DNA of 63,124 nt, the filler included, from Octopus bimaculoides (lineage: Eukaryota), in NCBI RefSeq assembly GCF_001194135.2. It is 6 parts of 6 records of this genome, joined end to end, with 100 filler letters (N's around TTAATTAATTAA, not from the genome) between each part and the next. Parts side by side here need not be neighbours in the genome. Positions count along the whole stretch, not along the records: positions 6,077 to 15,758 come from NC_068987.1; positions 15,859 to 33,697 come from NC_068995.1; 4 more parts are not named here. One strand, 5' to 3'. Below are positions 12,111 to 22,930 of this stretch, piece by piece; positions within the stretch are counted from its first letter, which is position 1; each line of letters begins with the position of its first letter. Under the pieces are notes generated by a model. It did not search any database. It had not been told where the DNA came from and saw nothing but the letters and a program-made list of their open reading frames with translations. Position numbers and translations under genes: made by a program.

Positions 12111-13362
12111 TGAGTGTTCATTAAAGATTTCCCCTGACCCACTTCCCAAGAACTAGGAAAAACGAAACTTGGTATAACTATTAGTCCTTCTTTACATAGC
12201 CACCACCAATGGTGACACACTTCTCACATCACTCTACGTAGCTGTGAAGACCTCGTCTGTAAAAGTCGGTGGGTTGCGTCTGAACCCAACACTTTACCTC
12301 GGAGATAGGTTTATCATCATCCGAAAAGTGCTTCCCCTTCAAAAAAGACATCATGGTTGGAAAGAGGTGGAAGTATGATGGTGCGAGATCAGGAGAGTAA
12401 GGGGATGAGGAAGGATTTCATAGCCGCAGGAATGTGCTTTCATCTGGGCAACATGCGCATTGTGAACTGGGATGTTGTCTTGAAGGAGGCGGACTCATTT
12501 GGTCAGCATGCTACGTCTCTCTTCTTCGATGGCGCCCCGCAATTTCTTCAGCAGAAAAGCATAATTGTGGTGCTCCTTGCCAGAAAATCCATCATCACTA
12601 CTCCACGCTGGTCCCAAAAGACTGTGAGCATCACCTTGCCTGCTGAGTGTTGGACACGATCCTTCTTTGGAGGTGGTGAGTTATCATGCTTCCATTACTT
12701 TGACTAAACTTTAGTTTCACCCTATGTGGTAAGTCTGCTGAAAAAGACCTCCTAGTTTTCTTGAAACATTGCCAAAAGAGCTTGGGAGCAATTGACTCGT
12801 TCCTGCTTCTGAAAACGTGTGAGTATCGGGGGAATCCATCGCGTAGGCAAATTATGTATGTGCAAATGGTCATGAATGATTTTTTTCACGGACCCAACGC
12901 TTACCTTCACTTCTTGGGCTAGTTGCCGAATAGTTATGTGGTGATCATCCAAAATAGCGGCTTTCACTTTATAGATGGTATCGTCATCAATAGCGGAATG
13001 TGGTCGTCCAGGTATAGGAGCAGATTCCACCGATGTCCGACCACATTTGAACTTGCGATGCCAGTGTTTTAGTACGTCGTATGTTGGTGCATCGTCACCA
13101 TAAGCTTCTTTCGTCTTATCGAAAGTCTCTTTTGGTGTAAGACCTTTCAAGTATAAGAATCTGATCACTGATCTGCATTGAACTGTCTCCATTATAACAC
13201 TTTAGTCCACTTCAGCAACGGTAAAAGACAGACGAATGCTAGTGGAAAGCTGCAATTTACAATGTGACATGTAGAGGCATGTATGATTATATCTGTACAA
13301 GTTCTGTTTCCTGTAATAACCGGAAGCGCGTCAGAAAAAATCTTTAATGAACACCCCTCGTA
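12111..13362 (-). mobile_element. Near full-length decayed mariner DNA transposon (~1.25 kb); transposase pseudogene 13192-12181
   Basis: N-terminal HTH region (VIRFLYLKGLTPKE...W..KFKCGR.S...P.PGRP), then RWIPP.LT, AGKVMLTVFWD, LLQDN and YSPDLAPSYFHLF with stops and frameshifts. TIR gtgttcattaaagattt at both ends, TA at 13361-13362. Confidence 0.9.
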
Positions 13363-13476
13363 TGTGTGAGTGTGAGTGTGCGCGTGTGTATACATACCTA
13401 CACACACACACACACACACACACATGAATATATATATATATAAATACACACACACACATATACACGAGTACATACA

Positions 13477-14357
13477 TACTGTAAATCCTCGAGTATAATC
13501 CGCATTTTTTCCCCAAAGTTTAAAGGTCAAAATCCCTAGTGCGTACTATATACGAGGTTAAAAATGAAAAATATTTTCTAAGCAATGTCCGAGTCTGTAT
13601 TTGCTGTCCGGCAATGTTTATTCAGACGCATTTTGTGATGTCGGGCGCGAAAATACCTTAAGCTAAGCCTGAGAGCAATGAAGTCATAAAAGAATCATAT
13701 AAGTTGTTCACTAAAGGTGTAAGGGATCGCGCCCCCGCCATGACTTTGATATGCAAATGGATCGTATATGCATGGAATGAACTTGATCCCCAGATTATTG
13801 TAAAAAGTTTTATCAAATGTTGTGTATCGTCTGAACTGGATCAGGATGACGTTGTATGGAAAGATGAAATTAATGAAAGTGAATCTTCTGATACTGACTA
13901 TGAATCTGACGATGACGGAGATATTCATACTACAATGATGCTGACATGTTTACGGAGGAACAAATGGAACAGTTATTTGATGCTGAAAGTGACGTTGAAT
14001 TTGAAGGATTTGAATAAATGTTTTTACTTTTGCTTTTGTAACTGATAGTGATAAATATGTAAAGGCAATTTACTTAATATTTATTTTTAACTGACGTTAT
14101 TACTGTTATTTCTTTATTTTCTGCAAACAAACTGCACAAAAAAGCTACACGTTTGCATTATGTTATATATACAATAATAATAAAGGACGTTACCGTATAT
14201 ATGTTTACAAACCAAGGACGTTATATAGACATCCTTGACTCAAGATAGATAAGGGGTGCGTATTATACACAAGGTTTAGGTTTTTCAGGGGTACAGTCCC
14301 TTAAAAATCCCCTGCGTATTATACTCAAGGGTGGACTATACTCGAGGATTTACGGTA
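13477..14357 (+). mobile_element. Non-autonomous pogo/Tigger-like DNA transposon (877 bp) retaining the transposase C-terminus
   Basis: 23-bp TIRs ctgtaaatcctcgagtataatcc / ggactatactcgaggatttacgg (2 mismatches), TA on both sides, and subterminal gcgtattatac repeats. Peptide ICKWIVYAWNELDPQIIVKSFIKCC is followed by an acidic tail. Confidence 0.85.
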
Positions 14358-14761
14358 CATGCATTGCATGCAGGCATACATACATACATACATACATACA
14401 TACATACAAACATACGTATGTATGTATATGTATATGTGTGTGAATGGATATACATATTGCTGACCATCTTCATCTAAACAAGTGAGATTTATGTGGCAGA
14501 TACCTAGACTGAACATTAGTAAAAATAAATAAACAAATAAGTAAATAAATAAATTTTTAAAATGAAAAGAGAAGTAGTTGGATTATCACAGAATACCTAT
14601 ATCTTTATGAATGTATGCCAGAGTTAAGTAAGTTTGTGGAGGTTTATTCATTCTCTCTCTGAGCTATTGACTTCAACTATAACTTGCAGTTGGGCATGTA
14701 AAGAGACAAGCAAGCAATCAAACTTTCTTCGAAAACTAAGTTTGTCAACAATATATTTACT

Positions 14762-14811
14762 AGGTCGCAGACTAGAACCAGGTCGCAGACTAGAACCAGG
14801 TCGCAGACTAG
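14762..14811. repeat. 18-bp tandem repeat (ggtcgcagactagaacca)n, truncated by a gap
   Basis: Close to three exact copies are visible before the N run. Confidence 0.85.
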
Positions 14812-15092
14812 NNNNNNNNNNNNNNNNNNNNNNNNNNNNNNNNNNNNNNNNNNNNNNNNNNNNNNNNNNNNNNNNNNNNNNNNNNNNNNNNNNNNNNNNN
14901 NNNNNNNNNNNATGTACACACACACACACACACATATATATATAATTATATATATATATTATATACATACATATATATATATATAGATAGATATTCATAT
15001 GTGTATGTACTTGTATGTCTGTATATTTTATTCATTCATTTATATATATATATATGTATGTATGTACGTATGTACGCATGTATGTATATATG

Positions 15093-15260
15093 TTGCAAGG
15101 TTTTCCCAATTGCAAAAAGCCACTTCGAAGGCCTCCACGACGATAGGAAGACAATTTAGCTCAGTAATTTGGGTCAAGCCGAAAAAGAATGGTCCAATTA
15201 AGACAGAATTGTGACCAGTGGTGTATAACATTATCTGATAGCCTGGTCGATACTGTGATA
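15093..15260 (+). mobile_element. Probable RTE LINE 3' fragment
   Basis: aaaagccacttcgaaggcctccacgacgataggaagac resembles the KRP.GRPPRRWED region at 11265-11310. Confidence 0.45.
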
Positions 15261-15349
15261 TTGTGATGTATACATATATGTATTTAAGTACATGTATGTA
15301 CCTATATATATCTATCTATATACTCTTGTTTTGTTTTTAGGTATCTATG

Positions 15350-15397
<48 letters not shown>

Positions 15398-15491
15398 TGC
15401 GTGTGTGCGTGCATGTATGTGTGTGTTTCCATAATTATGCATGCTTCATTGGTGCGTAAACTGGCAGGCACCCTTATTAGGCTAGAACATC

Positions 15492-15524
<33 letters not shown>

Positions 15525-15564
15525 TTACATAATGTATTATAGATATACATATAAAATGTATCTA

Positions 15565-15590
15565 TCTATATATATAAAAATGAGAATGTG

Positions 15591-15625
<35 letters not shown>

Positions 15626-15758
15626 GTGAATCCCTAAAACTCGAGAACTACGCAACCAATTTCATTCAAATTTTACACATGCCTTACTTAGGGTTCCATT
15701 TGTGTTTTAGTCAAAAAAAATTATTAACTTCTTGCAGAGTTCGAGCACACGGCAACAT
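15565..15758 (+). mobile_element. Non-autonomous Helitron-like 5' end
   Basis: A|TCTATATATATAAAA start, (TCTG)n, then aaaactcgagaactacgcaaccaatttcattcaaatttt. A second copy lies at 62714. Confidence 0.6.
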
Positions 15759-15858
15759 NNNNNNNNNNNNNNNNNNNNNNNNNNNNNNNNNNNNNNNNNN
15801 NNTTAATTAATTAANNNNNNNNNNNNNNNNNNNNNNNNNNNNNNNNNNNNNNNNNNNN
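15759..15858. other. Artificial scaffold-joining spacer
   Basis: 44 N + TTAATTAATTAA (15803-15814) + 44 N. Confidence 0.95.
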
Positions 15859-15899
15859 AGAGAGAGAGAGAGAGAGAGAGAGAAAACCGACAAGGAGAG

Positions 15900-15947
<48 letters not shown>

Positions 15948-16017
15948 TGTCAAAGAGAGAGAGCGAGAGAGATAGAGAGAGAAACAGACAGAGCGAAAAA
16001 GCGAGAGAGAAACCGAC

Positions 16018-16063
<46 letters not shown>

Positions 16064-16622
16064 GAGAAAGAGAGAGACTGAAATAGCCTTCAAAGTTTAT
16101 ATTAACGAAATGCCTAAACAAAAGCAGCCATAAATACAACAAACACACACAAAAGCTAAGAAGAAAAGGTTTGAAAAGCTGTGTAAGTGTGTGTGTTGGT
16201 GTAGTAACTTCCGCAATGTCACTCACACGCCTACTAGATTTCCTATCTTTACCAGTGACAGCGAGTATGTGTTTATTACACTTGTGTGTATGTTTGTGCA
16301 TACAATATATATATATATATATTATAAATTAACTACCAACAAAAATAATTGGTAAGCTAACTTAAAAAATCATCACCAAAATAGCAGAAAAAAAACGACA
16401 GTAATTGTGAAATTTTTTCGCCATGAACGGTTTGTGTTTTTAAACGGAGTGTATTTTTTCTAATGTTATATTTATTCCTGAATGATGTGTAAAGAAATTT
16501 TGATTTAAGCATCTTAATGAATTCTTTATACTGAAATATATATTGAAGAAGATAAATATGTTCTTTTGAATTTATACGTTTTTGCGTCGTAACTCCTTTA
16601 TTACTATTTATTTATATATATA

Positions 16623-16661
<39 letters not shown>

Positions 16662-17319
16662 GTGCATGCTTATGTTTGTGTGTTGTGTTTGTCTCCTGTA
16701 TAGAATTTTACCAGTTCTATACAAATCGATAAAATATCAGACTAATCAATAATAAAAAATCGATAGGATTGGCTAAATCAATAAAATATCAAACTGATCA
16801 ATCAGTAATAAAATCGATATTTGTGACTAAAATCCGCTACAACTGCTACCATCGCCGTCATCGCCACAACTCTATCCATCGCGTTCATGTGGGGTTTCTG
16901 ATGCGTGCGAGAGGAGGCGGAGAACGGACACCTGTTTTTAGTTCCTCACCACAAACACCCGATGAGTTCATATAGAACACATTAACATCTCAACTGCAGC
17001 CAGTGCTGCAGCTACTACTACTGCCATAGTTGCTGCTGCTGCTGTTTTGGTTCTTGTTGTGTGTCATCTCTCTTTGGCTTCGTCGTTCTATCAGTCTATC
17101 CGGTCAATTAATAACGTGTGTTTATCTAACCGGTTATCTGTGCCTGCTCGCCCATCGCTCAGTCTTCTCTGTCCATCAATATTTCTGTTTCTCTATCCAA
17201 TCGTCTATCCCAGACAAGCGTTTCTCAACCATTTTCTTTTACTTATGAAACCTTTTGATTCGTATTTTACTCGACTGTACCCTTCGATGTTTAAAGAATG
17301 TCTTATAATATTAGGAATT

Positions 17320-17505
17320 TTATTTCAGTCATTTCACTGCGGTCACGCTGGAGTACCACCTCGACGGGTTTTAGTAGAAACAAATCGATTTCAGGACTTT
17401 TCTTTTTGAAGTCTAGTACTTATTCTATCAGTTCTTTTGCCGAACCACCAAGTTAGGGACGTAAGCACAACAGCGGTCGTCATGCGGTGATAGGGGGAAA
17501 GAAAC

Positions 17506-17549
<44 letters not shown>

Positions 17550-17672
17550 GACGGGCTTCTTTGAGGTCGATCCGAGGCTGCAGTAGAAGACACTAGCCCA
17601 AGGAGCCCCGCGATGGGACTGAACCCGGAACGGTGCGGTTGGGAAGTAAACTTCTTACCACACAGCCACGCC
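17320..17672 (-). mobile_element. SINE family A, degenerate full length
   Basis: Head ggcgtggctgtgtggtaagaag...gttccgggttcagtccc on the minus strand, internal (TA)n, and family A tail. Confidence 0.8.
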
Positions 17673-17689
17673 AATTTATTGCCGATAAT

Positions 17690-17968
17690 TTTTTAAAATC
17701 TTACATGGACCTCTAAGGGTCATATGGATCTCTCAGGGCTATATGGACTCCAGTTGAGGACCACTGATCTCGACCAAACCATCTAGCCATCTACTCACCT
17801 ACTTACCTACCCGTCTAACTGTATATTCAGGTGTAATGACTGTCCGTGACTTTTTCAATGGCATGCCTAACAAAAAGTTACCTTGAAATTTCTTAGTATT
17901 GCGACCCGCCTAATGAGCCATGCCGCATACGGCTCGCCTCCCGAAAAAGGTTGCACATGCTTGATCTA
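17690..17968. mobile_element. hAT-like non-autonomous terminal remnants
   Basis: ggactccagttgaggaccactg (similar to 9885-9901) and aaaaaggttgcacatgcttgatcta resemble hAT-type terminal sequences. Decayed. Confidence 0.4.
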
Positions 17969-18667
17969 TTCGTTTGTCAGACCATCTTTTTACCTTATAA
18001 TCCTGTCAAGTTAACCCCCAAATCTGGGTATCAACCTCAGATCTCTATATTTTATGCCATTTTTGACGTTTCGACGAAGCTATAAGATGATACACAAGCA
18101 CTCAGAGCTGTTTTTGCTATAAGATGCAATGCTCAAAGATAGTGAACTTCATTACAGAATTTCATGTTTCCTTATCATTTATACAATCTCTTATTACTTT
18201 CTGTACTCGGCTAACACTTTTCTCTGAAGATTACGTATATTTTGTTCCAACACCAGGTCATTAGTATCGCTATGCCTAAACGAAATATTAAAACGTTACA
18301 TATTAAAGACGTCTTAGCACTGTCTCAAGAAAGCTGATCGCTCTCACTCGCAATGCTCCCTTCGGAATCCTTCAGAAAATCTAAACCCGAAATTCATTTT
18401 TTGTTCCTATTTTACATAGAAAGGGTTTTCTCGAGGCTGGGATATCAATAACCCAAAATATTAGCGCAGATGTAATACAAAATTACCCAGTTTACGGTGA
18501 GCTTATGTTTAAATGAAATAAAGGCATTTCATTCAAAATTCTCTATTCGTTTATTTCAGCAATACATATATGGGTATATATGCTCGCGCATCGTTATGTA
18601 TACATTGAAGTTGCGAACGTGCACACACTCATCACGTACAAAATGGCGTATGTGCGTATGCACATAT

Positions 18668-18700
<33 letters not shown>

Positions 18701-18734
18701 TACGCATTCTGACAGAGATAGCACCGAACGAGGG

Positions 18735-18943
18735 GGGTGGGCTCTACTCTAGGCCCGAAATTTTGCGGGAGGGGACCAGTAGATTAGATCGACCCCAGTA
18801 CGCAACTGTACTTAATTTATCGACCTCGAAAGGATGAAAAGCAAAGTCGACCTCGGCGGAATTTGAACTCAGAAGGTAAAGACAGACGAAATACCACTAA
18901 GCATTTCGCCCGTCGTGCTAACGTTTCTGCCAGCACGCCGCCT
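18735..18943 (-). mobile_element. SINE family B, near full length
   Basis: Minus strand reads ggcggcgtgctggcagaaacgttagcacg...gagttcaaattccgccgaggtcgactttgc...ggggtcgatctaatctac. Confidence 0.85.
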
Positions 18944-19692
18944 ACTAACAGCATTAATATTAGCAACCAGACCTTCCGCAAATCACAGCCAACAGTTTTT
19001 TTTTTCTTTAAATAAACAACAGATTGGACAAAGTGGTTGTTGATATAGAAAACAAAATGGAATAGTCACAACTATTGTAACTTTGATGCAAGTTCCTTCA
19101 GTTCAATGTTGATCTGAGGCTGAAGAAAAACCTTAATGACGACAATAACATGGTTATATCAACGACGTGACTACACCAATACGAAATAAGCGCAAAGCCT
19201 GCGAGAGATGTACGGAACTATGGGAAAATGGAGTAGCTCAACTTATATAAGAGTGAAGAGAGAAAAATGGAAGCGAAACAGAGGTAACGGGGGAGTTGAG
19301 AATGTGCTGCAGTAGCAGCAAAACAGCCGGCCGGCTGTCGTCATTGGCAACAGCCGACAACAACCTTGCCAGCAGCGAGATGAAAAATGGCGCGAAAGTA
19401 TGTTGGAAGATGGTACAGAGGTATACAACTCTAAAATTGCTGTTTTCTGTCTTTCTCTTGTTTGCGTATATGAAGGTGTGGTCTTCAACACTTGACAGTC
19501 AACGGAGTCCATTCATCTCTAAATATCACAGCAACCGATGCTCGCGCACGCGTGAGCGAGCGAGCGAGAATCTTGGTACTTGACCGATTATTTCTCGCTC
19601 TCGGAACAAAAGCTAAACTATTTGGCAGTGGTTGCATTTGAACCCAGGAAGTATTAACATTCTATCTGGTGAACGGCTCAGCTAATCCATTT

Positions 19693-19729
<37 letters not shown>

Positions 19730-19877
19730 GACTCTGCAACAAGACTAACAGTAACTGACTTGAGAAACAAGACAGAACAGGTACCCAGTAAGGTGGCGGT
19801 GGTGTTAGTAGCAGCAGCAGTGGTAATAAATGAAACAAAATAAAAGAACATGTCCCCCACCTTCCAGGCACAGGTTC

Positions 19878-19931
19878 TTATCGCAGAAATAAAATACAAA
19901 CAAGGAATAAGACTACCAAAGACAGAATCGT
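19878..19931 (-). CDS. Predicted terminal coding exon of a 50-aa single-pass membrane micropeptide (TILSLVVLFLVCILFLR*)
   Basis: Acceptor poly(T)65-gtaatgatttcAG at 19933-19932. Phase 0 matches the upstream donor, and the exon ends in TAA. Confidence 0.45.
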   Translation of the reverse strand, partial: TILSLVVLFLVCILFLR

Positions 19932-19943
19932 CTGAAATCATTA

Positions 19944-20011
<68 letters not shown>

Positions 20012-20138
20012 GCTATTTAAAATATTGAATTATTCTTTGCAAATGCGAAACGTAGAAATTTACACACAAATAACAAAAAATATAAAATAAATGAATTAAG
20101 TGGTTTAAAAAAAAAACAAAAACAAACAAACAACATAC

Positions 20139-20237
20139 CTTTAGATTCCTTGCTGAGGTAATAATCTTCATGATTACATCAGCTTCAGGATCCGATGCCA
20201 ATCCAGCTTGGTTAATACTGTTCTCCAAACGATTCAT
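20139..20237 (-). CDS. Predicted first coding segment of the same micropeptide (MNRLENSINQAGLASDPEADVIMKIITSARNLK)
   Basis: First ATG of an exon bounded by a strong acceptor (ttttttctttttttgtcttttaatacAG at 20582-20581) and a consensus donor AAG|GTATGT at 20139|20138. Confidence 0.45.
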
Positions 20238-20689
20238 TTTCGCAATAAAATGTTCCTGCTTTTTTTTTCTATAAAATTCTTCAACTCCTGTTGAATTCTT
20301 CAAGTGCTTATGAGCTCTGGATCTACTGACAATTTCCCGAACCAATGATAACTTCCCAAAATCACAGAGGAATTCTTCACACTACTGATGAAATTTTAGC
20401 TGTTTTTGTGGGGGTGGCGCTTGATTTTTTTTTTTTCGTTACTTCCTCTCCTCTTTTGGTAAAAATGTGATATTGTAGTGTTTGTAGGTGGTTGATTATT
20501 ATATGATTATTATTATTGTTATTACTTCTGTTGATCTGGCTTCTTTGACTTCCTGCGAATGATGATTCCTTAAGAAATTTCTGTATTAAAAGACAAAAAA
20601 AGAAAAAAATCTGGTTATAAATAGCAAAAAATAGAAGCAGCAGCTCTAATGTAATGATTTTTTTCTATTTTACGCAATTTACGCATCAG

Positions 20690-21250
20690 GCTGGCAACTT
20701 TGAAGGGAGTGGGGGTTTATCGATACCATCAAAAGATCTTACCCCCGAAAGAATGAAAGGCAAAGATTGATCCCGGCGGAATTTAAAACCAGAATGTAAA
20801 GCCGGATGAAATGCCGCTAAACATTTTGTCCCGCTTACTAACAATTCTNNNNNNNNNNGACGAAATGCCGCTAAACATTTTGTCCGGCGTGCTAGCTCGT
20901 TGCCTTTGCGTCACCTAATATTAATACGCACAAGGCCTGAAATTTGGTGGTGGGAGGAGACTAGTCTATTATATCGACCCAGTACTCCACTGGTACTTAA
21001 TTAATGAACCCCGAAAGGACGAAAAGCAAATAGTTTCCGATTTAGTCACTAAGTCTGCAGTTTTGAAGGGGAAGGAGTTAATTGGTATGAACCCTCCAGT
21101 ACTTTACTGGTATTTTATTTTATCGACCCTGAAAGAATGGAAAAGCTAATTTGAACATGCAGGATTCGAACTCAGAACGTCAGCCGTAATAGAACAGAGT
21201 ACAACAAACCACAAGTAATACGATTTAAGCTTCAACGCTCAATCGATTCT
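20690..21250 (-). mobile_element. Cluster of partial SINE family B copies
   Basis: Three repeats of the ...atcgaccccgaaag..aaaggcaaag...ggaatttgaactcagaacgt motif set. Confidence 0.75.
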
Positions 21251-21977
21251 TGTCAATATCCTCATCGCCAAGACCAAGTGTGACCATCACTGAAGCGGGA
21301 TGATAAAACTATGTACAAACACACGGGGATGAGTCTGCTCGGGCAAGGCTCACCTTGCTTATCTGCTAGAAATAGCAGTCAAATCTCTCAAATCACCCAC
21401 TCGATGATGCGGTACTGTGTTCTTCCGCACAAGTAAGAGAGAGGAAAAAAAAAAAAAAAAAAAAAAAAAANNNNNNNNNNNNNNNNNNNNNNNNNNNNNN
21501 NNNNNNNNNNNNNNNNNNNNNNNNNNNNNNNNNNNNNNNNNNNNNNNNNNNNNNNNNNNNNNNNNNNNNNNNNNNNNNNNNNNNNNNNNNNNNNNNNNNN
21601 NNNNNNNNNNNNNNNNNNNNNNNNNNNNNNNNNNNNNNNNNNNNNNNNNNNNNNNNNNNNNNNNNNNNNNNNNNNNNNNNNNNNNNNNNNNNNNNNNNNN
21701 NNNNNNNNNNNNNNNNNNNNNNNNNNNNNNNNNNNNNNNNNNNNNNNNNNNNNNNNNNNNNNNNNNNNNNNNNNNNNNNNNNNNNNNNNNNNNNNNNNNN
21801 NNNNNNNNNNNNNNNNNGGGGGGGGGGGATAGGTTAGGGCATATGTAATTTCCTTAAATTAGACAGCGACAACGTATGATTTGAGGGCATTGAGCTGTTA
21901 TTTTCAGCATGTTCAATGACCACTTTGAAGCTGTCTTGTTGCTGTTACTTCGCCTCATTGCAATCTTGATTGTGGTA

Positions 21978-22050
21978 ATCGTGGTGGTGATGGAGGAGGC
22001 GGTGGTGGTGATGGAAGAGGCGGTGGTGGTGATGGAGGAGGCGGTGGAGG
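21978..22050. repeat. 21-bp tandem (gtggtggtgatggaggaggcg) x3 within a trinucleotide low-complexity region
   Basis: Directly visible. Confidence 0.8.
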
Positions 22051-22389
22051 TAGTGCCGATGGTGGGGGTATTGGGAGTATTTCCATAGTGGTGGAATTGG
22101 GATCATAGTGGAGGAGGTGATAGCGAAAACGGTGCTGCCAGTATTGCAAGGGTGTGGGGAGCTATGTGCTCCCACCGAAGGAAATTTAATGATAAATTTG
22201 TATTAACTGAGGAGAAACATTGACTAGTCATGTCTTGCAATCAGCTACAGTCGCAAACACTACTACTACTACTACTACTACTACGGCTGCTGCAAGCACT
22301 CACATACTATCATGTTTATGTCGGTGTTGTCTATACTACTATTACCATCACAACCATGACCATCACCGTTTATAACTTTTTACTCGCTT

Positions 22390-22930
22390 CAGCTGAAGCA
22401 TTGCTTTGAGTTCTGTTGAAGAAATCGATCCCAGTTGTCGATTTTACGTAGAGTAATTATTGATGGTTTCATTTGCCTAACTGCTAAGTCACGTTAAATG
22501 TAAACAAACAAACTCCAGCTGTCAAGCAATCGGTAAAACAAAAATTCACGCAATACACACACACACACATATATATATATACACACACATACATATACAC
22601 ACACATACATATACATATACACACATAATACACAGAGTTTCCTTTCAACAAGTTCACTCGCAAGGTATTGGGCGGTTCGGGATTATTGTAAAAAGCTTGT
22701 GCAAGGTGCCGCGCCGAGGAACCGAACCTGAAAGCACAAGTTCCTTAACCACACAGCTATGTCCATATAGGGAATGCGCGCTTGGGAGAATAGTCGATTA
22801 TACCGACTCCCACCCTGTATTTTTCCGGTAATTTATTTTATCGAACTCCGTAAAGATTAAAGACAAAGACGGGATTTGAACCCAAAACGTAAAGATTCGG
22901 AACAATTTTCTCCGACACTATAATGATTCA
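22390..22930 (-). mobile_element. Old degenerate SINE A followed by a SINE B fragment
   Basis: Recognisable motifs: gcaaggtgccgcgccgaggaaccgaacc...ttaaccacacagc and gggatttgaacccaaaacgt. Confidence 0.55.

Noticed and set aside
12752-13192. Host SETMAR-like gene
   Set aside because: It has TIRs, internal stops, frameshifts and altered catalytic residues, and no SET domain. It is a dead mariner.
13704-14045. Host POGK/TIGD gene
   Set aside because: Only a C-terminal fragment lies between TIRs with TA TSDs.
19243-19583. Overlapping ORFs of 95 aa (+) and 89 aa (-) in a GC-richer patch
   Set aside because: No recognisable domain or convincing splice partners. It could be UTR of the minus-strand candidate gene.
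21945-22175. His/Pro-rich ORFs
   Set aside because: They derive from GGT/GGA/GAT trinucleotide and 21-bp tandem repeats.
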